DNA of 64,000 bases from Calditrichia bacterium (GTDB lineage Bacteria > Calditrichota > Calditrichia > JAJRVZ01), in contig CAVZSQ010000022.1 in assembly GCA_963777955.1 (NCBI GenBank), positions 480,001-544,000 on the forward strand, written 5' to 3'. The notes beneath the pieces were generated by a model. It was not told where the DNA came from and ran no database searches. It saw nothing but the letters and a program-made list of their open reading frames with translations. The position numbers were made by a program, and so were the translations under genes. Of this stretch, positions 22,350-35,687 are shown piece after piece. Position 1 is the stretch's first letter; each line of letters begins with the position of its first letter.

Positions 22350-22490
22350 GGTTGTAATATCCTTATAATATTGCGTTTTAATTGCTGAATTAATTCAACG
22401 GCTGTTAAAATTCATGCTACATATTTAACGACGGTTACTGTTTATCAATTCCCGGCGCGGCAGCGGGAGATTTCCCCCGCTGCTGAAAAG

Positions 22491-22700
22491 TTATTCTTTT
22501 CTTTGGGCTGTTATGAAAGAAGATCCGGGGGATCGTTTTAAATGGGTCAAGCTGACGGAAGTAAATCCATTATTTTCCAGTCAGTTTTTTACGATGTCGA
22601 AATAATAGGATCGTCCGCATTGAATTATATTCCTTGATTTCGGGATCGGATCAACCCATTTTTCCAATGAATCCAGGGTTGAGTTGACATCTGTTTTCCG
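22491..22700 (-). pseudogene. Remnant resembling a methyltransferase C-terminus
   Basis: GRSYYFDIVKN*LENNGFTSV...ITAQRKE with in-frame TGA and no start; followed by hairpin at 22461-22482. Confidence 0.3.
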
Positions 22701-22811
22701 CCGGCTTTTAGCCGCAGGCCTGCCGGCGAAGTTTCATATTAATCGCGGTTTGCGGCACAAGTTGGGTAAAACGGGCTCTTGCATCGCCGTAGCCTCTTGA
22801 GGCAAAGCGAG

Positions 22812-23162
22812 TCATCGCCGGAGAATCTTGTCCATAGCCTTTCCTTTTGCGAGCTCATCAATCAGCTTGTCTAAGTAACGTACCTGTTGCATAAGTGGAT
22901 CTTCGATTTCTTCTACGCGAATACCGCAGACCACGCCCTTGATAAGCGAACTATTCGGATGAATGGCCGGGGCTTGAGCAAAAAAAGTCTCAAAGTCGTT
23001 CTCGTGTTCGATCTGCTGCTTTAATCCTGCTGCGTCATAGCCCGTCAACCAGCAAATGATCTGGTCAACTTCTGCTTTCGTGCGATTTTTTCGTTCCGCT
23101 TTTTGCACGTACAGCGGATATACCTTAGCAAATGATATCGTGAAAATGTTATGCTTAGCCAT
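22812..23162 (-). CDS. DUF2200 family protein (gene cassette)
   Basis: [54 protein letters not shown]. Confidence 0.9.
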   Translation of the reverse strand: MAKHNIFTISFAKVYPLYVQKAERKNRTKAEVDQIICWLTGYDAAGLKQQIEHENDFETFFAQAPAIHPNSSLIKGVVCGIRVEEIEDPLMQQVRYLDKLIDELAKGKAMDKILRR

Positions 23163-23195
23163 CGTAACTCCTCCTGCTGGATTGTGCCCAGTTGT

Positions 23196-23269
23196 GCATA
23201 ACGTTTAGCCTGACACTGCAGTGCTGTTGCGAACTCAAGAATGAGGCGCCAACGTTTTGCACGTTATGC
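23196..23269 (-). mobile_element. Integron attC site (~74 bp)
   Basis: Minus strand R'' GCATAAC 22 nt after the upstream gene stop and R' GTTATGC just before the next RBS. Confidence 0.65.
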
Positions 23270-23290
23270 ATCCGGGTCCCGCCGCCGATG

Positions 23291-23848
23291 TCACGTATGT
23301 TTTCTATAATGAAGTGCAACGACTCCGGATTGAAGAGTTTTCGAGTCAATAAAGTCCAGCCGAAGCGTGTTTTGGAGCATCACGGTTTCGAATAACCGCG
23401 GCCCTCTTCCAGCGACAACCGGGTGAATCACGAACCGATACTCGTCAATCAAACCGAGCCCGGAAAGCTGGGATGCAATGCTCAAGCTTCCTACACAGAT
23501 GTCCTTTCCAGGCTGCTGCTTCAGGGTGAGCACCTCTTGCGCAAGGTTCGCGCGCACGATTCTCGTGTTGTTATCCTCAACGTGGTTCAATGTCGTGGAG
23601 AATACGACCTTATTGAGCGAGTCGAACACGCGGGCGAATTCATTGCATGCCGCCGTCTCCGATTGCGTTTTGGCAATTTCCGGCCAATACGGGACCATCA
23701 GTTGGTATGTTATCCGGCCGTAGAGGAGGAGGCTCGCATTGCGCAGCACTTCTGTGAAATACTCGTGCAACTCTTCATCGGCAATCCCGTCGGTGTGGCT
23801 GCAGTATCCGTCAGCGGTAATATTGATCCCAAAAACAACCTTTCTCAT
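23291..23848 (-). CDS. Dihydrofolate reductase-like / RibD C-terminal domain protein (gene cassette)
   Basis: [45 protein letters not shown]. Confidence 0.9.
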   Translation of the reverse strand: MRKVVFGINITADGYCSHTDGIADEELHEYFTEVLRNASLLLYGRITYQLMVPYWPEIAKTQSETAACNEFARVFDSLNKVVFSTTLNHVEDNNTRIVRANLAQEVLTLKQQPGKDICVGSLSIASQLSGLGLIDEYRFVIHPVVAGRGPRLFETVMLQNTLRLDFIDSKTLQSGVVALHYRKHT

Positions 23849-23895
23849 AGATCTCCTTATGTGATGTTACGTAACAAATTCAAAGACCGCATCTC

Positions 23896-23945
23896 GCATA
23901 ACGTTTTAGTGTATAAGCAGTGGCGGTATTCGGAGCGCCTACCTA
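23896..23945 (-). mobile_element. attC half-site (R'/L' arm)
   Basis: Plus strand GCATAACGTTTTAGTGTATAAGCAGTGGC resembles the arm at 26650; other arm absent. Confidence 0.6.
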
Positions 23946-24736
23946 TCAGTATAATCTTTTACAAATGCTTTTATTTCCATAATTGCTTTTTGTGATTGGT
24001 CTGTATGAATATTTTCCAAAGGCCAGACATGAGACTGCCGGTTATAGATACTAAGTTTAGTCCTGGCCCGGCTCTCCACAATTTTATTATAAAGTGATTT
24101 ACTGTCATCCAATAAAATTTCATCAGAACCTACTAATATCAGTGTTGCTGGAAATTTCTCAGGCAGATTCTCTGCTGGATTTAACTTTGATAAATCCTGT
24201 TCACCAATGTATAAAGCAGCCAGCTCTAACAATCGTTCTTTTTTCAAAACAGGATCTTTGCCGGCATTCTCTGTTATTGAGCTGTTTGTGCAAGCCAAAT
24301 CTATCCAGGGAGAAATCATTATCATAAATTCAGGTGGTTGCAGATCGTGTTCAATTATTTTTGATAACAAAGATACTGACAATCCGGCACCGGCACTATC
24401 GCCCATCAAAATAATTTCATTTTCCGGATACTGGCTGAGTATTGATCGATATACCTTCAATACGTCATTTACAGCAGTCGGAAAAGGTTTCTCCGGAGCC
24501 AGACTATATTCAATGAATAAAAATGATAAAGCCATTTCATTGGCCAGATGACTTACCAGTGCCTGATGTGAACGAATTGATCCCAGCACAAAGCATCCCC
24601 CGTGCAAATAAATCGCAATTTTATTTGAATTTATTTTTTCTTTTTTCCTGAACCAATAGCAATCAATATTTTCAATTACAACTTTATCAATTTTCACATC
24701 CTTCAGCTGGAGGATAAATATCGCCCAACTTCTCAA
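23939..24736 (-). CDS. HSL-family esterase (alpha/beta hydrolase), probably 5'-truncated
   Basis: YLHGGCF, EYSLAPEKPFP, GDSAG, EILLDDS, SHVW. Confidence 0.8.
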   Translation of the reverse strand: MRSWAIFILQLKDVKIDKVVIENIDCYWFRKKEKINSNKIAIYLHGGCFVLGSIRSHQALVSHLANEMALSFLFIEYSLAPEKPFPTAVNDVLKVYRSILSQYPENEIILMGDSAGAGLSVSLLSKIIEHDLQPPEFMIMISPWIDLACTNSSITENAGKDPVLKKERLLELAALYIGEQDLSKLNPAENLPEKFPATLILVGSDEILLDDSKSLYNKIVESRARTKLSIYNRQSHVWPLENIHTDQSQKAIMEIKAFVKDYTDR

Positions 24737-24930
24737 AGTCGATACGAGATTGAATTATATTATTATACATATTATGCAATACTATTATACGTAATAACTA
24801 CCTTCTGTAATTCATATTCACCACTTGGAATAAGTGGGTTGATACACTTGAAATCTGTTGAGATTCTTGCCAATTCGGGAGCAAGCGAGTTCGTTCGCGA
24901 CTTTCCCGAAATGCACCCGGGCATCGTGGA

Positions 24931-24958
24931 AGCGAACCACAAATACTCTGTTATACGC
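24931..24958 (-). mobile_element. attC half-site (R''/L'' arm)
   Basis: Minus strand TGA-GGCGTATAAC-AGAGTATTTGTGGTTCGC directly after the stop of the 148-aa gene; complementary arm missing. Confidence 0.5.
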
Positions 24959-24959
24959 C

Positions 24960-25406
24960 TCACCTCGCTGTCATCTTAATAGATTGTTGAATAGTTTTCT
25001 CAAGGTCATCTGGAACATCAGTGCCAATTCTATACTTTTTGCCTGTCTTCATTTTAATTTCGACGGCATGAAAACCAGAAACATTATAGAGCCAGCCGTG
25101 GGGGGTCAGACGAATTCCCCAGCCATAGTACCAGTGATTTTTCACAATTTGACATGATTCAATATCTTTCAACATGAATTTCTTTTGAATGATTCCCGGC
25201 CCAAATCGAACTTTGAGAACCTCTTGCTCAATAACAACAGTGAGTGTAGCGAATAGCACCAGACAGAATCCAACGATAATCATAACTGTCAAAGCAACCC
25301 AATTGAAACCATAAAGAGCCATGAGAGACGCAATGAAAACCAGCGCAATGGCTAGTGCAATCATAATCAGGTAACCAATTTGTAGATGTTGATACTGTTT
25401 AATCAT
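24960..25406 (-). CDS. Membrane protein with two TM helices and a bacterial PH-like domain
   Basis: AGGAGG RBS; two hydrophobic helices; WYYGWGIRLTPHGWLYNV...YRIGTD. Confidence 0.8.
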   Translation of the reverse strand: MIKQYQHLQIGYLIMIALAIALVFIASLMALYGFNWVALTVMIIVGFCLVLFATLTVVIEQEVLKVRFGPGIIQKKFMLKDIESCQIVKNHWYYGWGIRLTPHGWLYNVSGFHAVEIKMKTGKKYRIGTDVPDDLEKTIQQSIKMTAR

Positions 25407-25472
25407 ATATTTTCCTCCTACAGGTGATGGTATCTGACGTGTGCTATTGTCGTTAAACGTTCGTTTGCGGCA

Positions 25473-26024
25473 TCATAGAAGTTTCACGATATAATTGAGT
25501 TCAGCATATCTAACAAACGCATAACTACGAATTGTGTTTGCCCAATAAATTTCTTTGCCAATGGGAACCGAGATAGATGCGAAGGAATAGAGGACTACGG
25601 TGCGGGGAGGAGCGAAGCCCAAAGATTCTACATATTGTTGCCCGGTTATAGTATCGGGATTAGATTCTCCGTAGTTATAGTCAACGAAGATGTATTTTTG
25701 ATTCGTATCAGCGGGACTAACGGTGCCTAGCTGCCCCACTTTCAAAAATCTTTGATCGGAAGAAAGCAAGGAGACGTAATATGATATAGAATCTGAGGAA
25801 ACCTGGATCCAGAAAGTAACCCGGGCTGAATCATACTGGAGAATCTGTAATCCAAGGTTGTCTATGAAAGATCTAAAATAACGATTGGTTATCTCCAATG
25901 TCGTACTCACCAAGACTTCACCAGGAACGAATTCAGGCTCGGGTTCCGTCTCGGTTCCTTTCTGCTTACATCCCGAGCCAACGAGAAGCAGAACAAGAAG
26001 ACAGGAGAACGCTAATTGTCTCAT
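25473..26024 (-). CDS. Hypothetical lipoprotein
   Basis: AGGAG RBS; MRQLAFSCLLVLLLVGSGC lipobox; FVPGEVLV and VRYAELNY motifs resembling subtilase prodomains. Confidence 0.7.
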   Translation of the reverse strand: MRQLAFSCLLVLLLVGSGCKQKGTETEPEPEFVPGEVLVSTTLEITNRYFRSFIDNLGLQILQYDSARVTFWIQVSSDSISYYVSLLSSDQRFLKVGQLGTVSPADTNQKYIFVDYNYGESNPDTITGQQYVESLGFAPPRTVVLYSFASISVPIGKEIYWANTIRSYAFVRYAELNYIVKLL

Positions 26025-26079
26025 TTCATCAACAACTCCTTTCTTAAGCATGCTGCAAATGGCATATGACGAGTACAGA

Positions 26080-26607
26080 TCCACGCATACCGGCCGAGTG
26101 TTCCACTCTGTCGTGGAAGCAAATACCCTCTCCACATAAGTTCTTCTCCAACAATGTTGAAAAAGAAGAAAGGTAGCCACGCTAAGAACAGCCAGTACTC
26201 GCTTGGCTGAAGCTTCTCCATTCGTAGGAACGAAGCGTACGAATCTTGAGAGAGTAAGTTCAGGGAGACCACTTGTCGAATACTGTTACTATAATTCCCG
26301 TGAGCACGACCACGCCGAGTAATCCTCCCAATGCCCAAAGCGTGTCGGTCTTAGTCATCGTCCGAATATTGAGGGCGAGTAGAACATCACGGAGAGATTT
26401 CGCTTGAGTTCTGTGGCGAGCTGCAAGAATAGCCCCGACGAAAAGTGCAAAAACTATGATGCCGCTGGCCAACCACCAACCGATGAGTGGCGCAACACCA
26501 TAAGTTTGGTGAAGTGATGGAATACCATATTGTACCACGATGAAAAGCGCAATCGCACCTCCCAAGAAATACCAGAGTGATTCAATAATAACGGATGTTC
26601 GATTCAT
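26080..26607 (-). pseudogene. CPBP/CAAX (Abi) intramembrane protease, frameshifted and 3'-truncated
   Basis: TM helices then GEELMWRGYLLP motif; homology ends near 26080 before the downstream His motifs. Confidence 0.7.
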
Positions 26608-26649
26608 CGTGTGTCCTTCTTGTATCAATCTCAGGTGGCTGCCCATGAC

Positions 26650-26776
26650 GCATAACGTCCGCGTGTATGAGCCGTTGTGTCGTCAAAGCGCTTTGTTTCT
26701 AGTTACCACAAGGTTACCAAGAGTGACAACCTGTGCAAACCCTCTGCCAGCAATGGCTTATACACGCTGTTATAGC
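26650..26776 (-). mobile_element. Complete integron attC site (~127 bp)
   Basis: Cores GCATAAC (26650) and GTTATAG (26769); 17-bp imperfect inverted arms GCGTGTATGAGCCGTTG / CAATGGCTTATACACGC; starts 3 nt after the upstream stop. Confidence 0.85.
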
Positions 26777-26779
26777 CCG

Positions 26780-27916
26780 TTAGTTTTTGTTTTTCAATCT
26801 TTTGTCATGTTTTAAAAACCAATCATATAGTTCCTGATTCGGATAAACTAACCAATTAATCCAGTGTCCAACCTCAGGTTCAATTGTGAATATTAAGTCC
26901 TTGTTTTTCCCTTCCAGTTTTTTTATTATCCTTTCTGTTTCTTCAAAAGGAACGACATTGTCTATTTTTCCATGAAAAGCCCAAATCGGAATATTTGTTA
27001 GTTTATCAATATTATTGTCTATAAAATCCATGTGACTTGTAAATCCGCTCATTGGGGCAATAGCAGCAAATATATCCGGATATTTGGCCGCAAGATACCA
27101 TGTACCGGAACCGCCTAAACTCATGCCCGTGAGATAAACTCTATTTGTGTCAATTCTGTATTTTGCTTTTATCTCAGTATAAAAATTTTCAAACCAATTA
27201 TCAGTTGACCACCTGATATGTTCAGGACATTGCGGAGAAATAACTATAAACGAGAATTCCCTGCCTCTGTATATTTGATCTGGAATTCCCTGGCTATATA
27301 GTTTTTTTAAATCGTTTCCCCTGTCAGAGCCTCCATGTAAATAAATTATGAGCGGCCAAGTTTTTAAGGTGTCTGTATTATAATCCTTTGGGGTATATGA
27401 TAAATATTGATAATCTACGTTTTTAGGATTTTGATTTAGTCCATGAATAAATGTTAAATCAAATTGCAAAGTTCCATCTGCTGACCAATATTCTACATTA
27501 CCTTGTAATTGTCCATCTACCCAGTTTCCTTCTGCTTCTTTTTGTCCATTGTCATACCAACTAGTGCATAAGCCGCTACGTAGTCCATTTTTATAATTCC
27601 CAGAATATTCAACCTGCCCATTTTTATGCCATTCCATATATTGACCTGTTTTTGTATTGGAATGATAATTACATTGATATTCTTCTTTTATATGTTTGTC
27701 GAAAGAACTGTAGTAAGCATCCATTTGAATTTGTCCATTTTCAAAATAATCCTTAACATGAAATAAGTTATTGCTTTTATCAAATTGGATTATACGCTGA
27801 TAAATAATTGTATCACCTTTTGATACAGCATAATGTAAAAAGAAAGTATCAATCTCCTGGGCTTTTAGAAGTCCAAAGCTAAAAATCAGTAATATGATAA
27901 TTGCGATACGTTTCAT
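26780..27916 (-). CDS. Secreted MORN-variant repeat plus alpha/beta hydrolase fusion (gene cassette)
   Basis: Signal peptide; YFENGQ/WHKNGQ/WYDNGQ repeats; YLHGGS, GMSLGG, WAFHGKID, VGH. Confidence 0.85.
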   Translation of the reverse strand: MKRIAIIILLIFSFGLLKAQEIDTFFLHYAVSKGDTIIYQRIIQFDKSNNLFHVKDYFENGQIQMDAYYSSFDKHIKEEYQCNYHSNTKTGQYMEWHKNGQVEYSGNYKNGLRSGLCTSWYDNGQKEAEGNWVDGQLQGNVEYWSADGTLQFDLTFIHGLNQNPKNVDYQYLSYTPKDYNTDTLKTWPLIIYLHGGSDRGNDLKKLYSQGIPDQIYRGREFSFIVISPQCPEHIRWSTDNWFENFYTEIKAKYRIDTNRVYLTGMSLGGSGTWYLAAKYPDIFAAIAPMSGFTSHMDFIDNNIDKLTNIPIWAFHGKIDNVVPFEETERIIKKLEGKNKDLIFTIEPEVGHWINWLVYPNQELYDWFLKHDKRLKNKN

Positions 27917-27922
27917 TTTAAT

Positions 27923-28023
27923 GGGCTATAACGTCAGCGTGTATGAGCCGTTGCGTGGCCAATGCACTTTGTTATCAAGTTACCACAATGTAACCAAAAG
28001 TGTTGAGTGTTTGCCAGCATTGC
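27923..28023 (-). mobile_element. attC site, truncated, same family as 26650-26776
   Basis: Shares GCGTGTATGAGCCGTTG, CTTTGTT, AGTTACCACAA, TGCCAGCA blocks; R'' arm lost. Confidence 0.75.
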
Positions 28024-28108
28024 GTACAACTCCCTCGAAAACGCATAAATGTGCGTTTTCGCTATTGATGTAATTTGTCAAATGAATATTATAGCGTTTT
28101 TGCATCAG

Positions 28109-28186
28109 GTAGACGTAACATAAATGTTGCGGCTACCGTGTAGTTGCTTTGTCCTAATCGATGCGCGGCCTCAAGGCCGCGGCTAC
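28109..28186. repeat. Two GTAG-type REP palindromes
   Basis: Minus strand GTAGCCGCAACATTTATGTTACG and GTAGCCGCGGCCTTGAGGCCGCG; related copy at 34084-34110. Confidence 0.7.
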
Positions 28187-29030
28187 TCTGTTCTTTCATC
28201 GTGCTTATGTTCCTTTGTCCTTATTTTTCACTCGTACTTGATCTGATATAATCCAGGAACTCGAAGACAAAAAGTAAATTCATTCAGATCTCTAATAAAT
28301 GCCTGGTAAAGGAATAACGCAAAATACGAGCCTTTACTTTTTTCCTCATACCTGCCATCTAAACTGTAGGTTGAAAAACTATCTTTACAATTCTTTCAGA
28401 AATATGAAAACGTCCTGGACCACCGGAAAAAAGATATTCTAAAGGTTTATATAATTTATATGACTCTTTTAATCTATGCAAAATTAATTTGGATAATAAC
28501 GTATAAAGACCCTTGCCAATCCTTTTGATTCTGAAGTTGGCGAATTTATGTTTGAGTCCGGCGGTAGCCGGGCGAGTTTAAATTCGCTTTGATTTTTTGC
28601 CTACTTTTGCATCAAGGCAATAGTAGGTCGAAGAACTGCCATCAGGCAGGCCACCGGAGGCGGAATTAAAGAAGATTTACAAAATGGTCTCATACTAATG
28701 TCCAGGAGATACTTTCATCTGAAAGAAAACAAAAATTATACACAATTTTTTTATAATTATGAGAACATTTTAATCATGCTGCCGAACTATTTATTAAACC
28801 TGAATGATTCATGAAAAATGTAAAGCAAAATAGTATTTTGTTTTACAAAACATAAATAATGGAAGGCCTACTTTACGTAACTTGAGACCTTTTATACCAT
28901 AAAAATTACCGCATCGAAGATAGCTTTGTAGTTTTAAGGGATCAAGTTAAAAGACAGTACCAACCCATCCTCCCGGCAAGAATTTATAGGAAGAATCTAA
29001 AATATTTTTAAAAAAATGAGCTGTTTGGAG

Positions 29031-29090
29031 TTGCTTTAGGAAATTCTATTCTTTATATTATTCGACGCATAAAGCGAAATGTTCTTTGAC
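29031..29090 (+). promoter_or_regulatory. rRNA promoter and boxA (operon 2)
   Basis: TTGCTT(29031)-N17-TATATT(29054); TGTTCTTTGAC at 29080. Confidence 0.65.
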
Positions 29091-29137
29091 AGCAGGGGCC
29101 CTTGAGCGAGGTCGATTACTATAAGTATTGAGATAAT

Positions 29138-30708
<1,571 letters not shown>

Positions 30709-30842
30709 ACTACATTCATACCTTGTTCAGTACCCCTGCTGTTTTATATTTATCTATTGACAATAAAATGTAAAGGTAAATAACATAATTGTTCTTTGAC
30801 ATAGGGTGAGATGTGAGAAAGTTGTTGGATTGTAGAAGTGTT

Positions 30843-33857
<3,015 letters not shown>

Positions 33858-33920
33858 ATATTTTTCCAAACCAACAACTTTTCACATCTTCACCCTATTG
33901 TTTTTTTTTAACCCAGATCT

Positions 33921-34037
33921 TCTGGTGACTATGGCGGTGGGGTCACACCTCTTCCCTTTCCGAACAGAGCAGTTAAGCCCACCAGCGCTGATGGTACTGT
34001 TCCTATGACTGGAACGGGAGAGTAGGTCGTCACCAGA
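33921..34037 (+). rRNA. rrf: 5S rRNA
   Basis: TCTGGTGAC...GTCACCAGA terminal stem, CCGAAC, GATGGTACTG, GAGAGTAGGTCG. Confidence 0.97.
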
Positions 34038-34083
34038 TTTTTTTTTATATGACCCACCCCTACCAAATGTCCTCTCCCTTCAT

Positions 34084-34265
34084 TACCCGCAATCTTCAGA
34101 TTGCGGCTACCGAACATCAAACATACCATTCCGAATCCCCGCCGCCTGCCTTGTGGCAGGTCTGTCGAGCGGGGTGGGAATCTTACCCTCATCTAAAAGA
34201 AAAGATTCTTCCTCATCCCGACCTGCCTGCTGTCAGGCCTATCGGTCGGGATTCGTCAGAATGAC
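34084..34265. repeat. GTAG REP plus REP doublet with nested modules
   Basis: CCGCAATCTTCAGATTGCGGCTAC; CATTCCGAATCC...GGGAATCT...AGATTCTTCCTC...TCGTCAGAATGAC. Confidence 0.8.
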
Positions 34266-34384
34266 ACTTCGGAAAAAACTGGTAAGAAGGAGGGTAGTCC
34301 TGTACAAATATCTGCTGCCTATGGCGTCTTTTCTAAGATGTAATTGCGTTTTTACTCAAAGAAAAGATGTAAAATAAAATTGGT

Positions 34385-35488
34385 TCAAATAGACTTGCTA
34401 TAAATTCTAATCGTCTCTTCTGCGGCGGTTAAAATGTTTAACCTGGTGCGGGCATCATCGAGGTTATGCTGCTTGATATTTCTGCGGAATTCCTGATCAT
34501 TTATTATTTCACTAATAGCAGCGGCCATACCGACCGGATCCTCGGCAGGAACAATTAATCCGTTGCGGCGATCAATGATTATCTCCGGCAAGACATTCAC
34601 TTCAGTGGCCACCAGCGGAATACCCATGGACATGTACTCCATGGCAATCCGGCAAATTGCCTCCGAACCTTTTGAAGCTACAATCCCGATATCCAGAATA
34701 CTGATCAACGCCTCCACAGGACTATAATGATCCAGAAAAGTAATATACCGTTCGACATTGTATGAAGCTGCCAGTTCTTTTAACCGGCTTACCTTTACCT
34801 TGCCTTCCTGACCACTGATTATTAAATGCACATCCTGCCGTTCTTCCACTACCAGGGCCAGGGCTTTAATAGTCGTTGGAAAATCCTTCACTACCGACAG
34901 ACGGCCGATCTGCCCCAACAACACTTTGTGCTCATCCAGATCAAATTTTTTTAGTACTTCGGCATTCTTCTCGCGGGGATAAAATATTTCATGGTTCACG
35001 CCTCCGTGAATGACTACACTCTTCTTGTCAATCTCAGGCCAGTATGATTGATAGCGGATTAAATTAGCTGCTGCTGAGAAAATCATAAAACGGGTAAAAT
35101 GATCATGAAGGTAACGGTTTAAAATATTTGTTCTGGGGGCCCGGACATCACCCACCGTCCGCACCAGGGGAATACCTGCTTTCCGGGCAACCAATGCCGC
35201 CAATAAATGGTCTTCCGGCCGGTGAGCATTAATAATCTCTATTTTATTACGCTGAATAAAACGATGCAACTGTCTCATCCCGCCCAGATAGCGGAAGGGA
35301 TTCCGGGTTGAAAATGGTACTTCTACTACTGTTAATCCAGCCTGCCGGGCATATTGAGTAGCGAGAAAACCTGGATCACCTGCGATCCATACATCATGCC
35401 CCAGTTTCTTCTGGGCCAGAGCAATACTGATGGCGTAATAAGCACAGGCATTCCACCAGCGCACAGAAATAGTATGCAGAATGCGGAT
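34385..35488 (-). CDS. Glycosyltransferase family 4
   Basis: GT-B motifs GRLSVVKD, SEAICRIAMEYMSMGIPLVAT; frame extends upstream to ATC/ATT after AAGGAG. Confidence 0.9.
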   Translation of the reverse strand: MRILHTISVRWWNACAYYAISIALAQKKLGHDVWIAGDPGFLATQYARQAGLTVVEVPFSTRNPFRYLGGMRQLHRFIQRNKIEIINAHRPEDHLLAALVARKAGIPLVRTVGDVRAPRTNILNRYLHDHFTRFMIFSAAANLIRYQSYWPEIDKKSVVIHGGVNHEIFYPREKNAEVLKKFDLDEHKVLLGQIGRLSVVKDFPTTIKALALVVEERQDVHLIISGQEGKVKVSRLKELAASYNVERYITFLDHYSPVEALISILDIGIVASKGSEAICRIAMEYMSMGIPLVATEVNVLPEIIIDRRNGLIVPAEDPVGMAAAISEIINDQEFRRNIKQHNLDDARTRLNILTAAEETIRIYSKSI

Positions 35489-35512
35489 AATTGCTCCTTA
35501 CATTCTATTAAT

Positions 35513-35670
35513 AGATCCCGGGTCCTGTCGCCAGGTCTTCGACATGTCCGGGATGACAATTACACCACAGTTTTGTTCCGCTTCATTCAACCGGGATCAA
35601 GTTCAAAATGATAATTACATGACCGTTTTGTACCGCTTTTTTGTCATCCCGGCCGAAGAGCCGGGATCTC
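35513..35670. repeat. REP cluster with repeated linker
   Basis: AGATCCCGG...CCGGGATGAC, degenerate middle unit, GTCATCCCGGCCGAAGAGCCGGGATCT; 31-bp imperfect direct repeat at 35553 and 35608. Confidence 0.7.
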
Positions 35671-35687
35671 AATATGATCAAAGACTT

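Noticed and set aside
23291..23848. Trimethoprim-resistance dfr cassette
   Set aside because: Motifs fit the RibD_C/DHFR-like family rather than DfrA/DfrB; resistance is not supported.
28200..29030. Integron integrase remnant
   Set aside because: The frames I translated by eye showed no tyrosine-recombinase motifs.
35553..35640. Possible mini CRISPR array
   Set aside because: Only two imperfect repeats, palindromic spacers and no cas genes.
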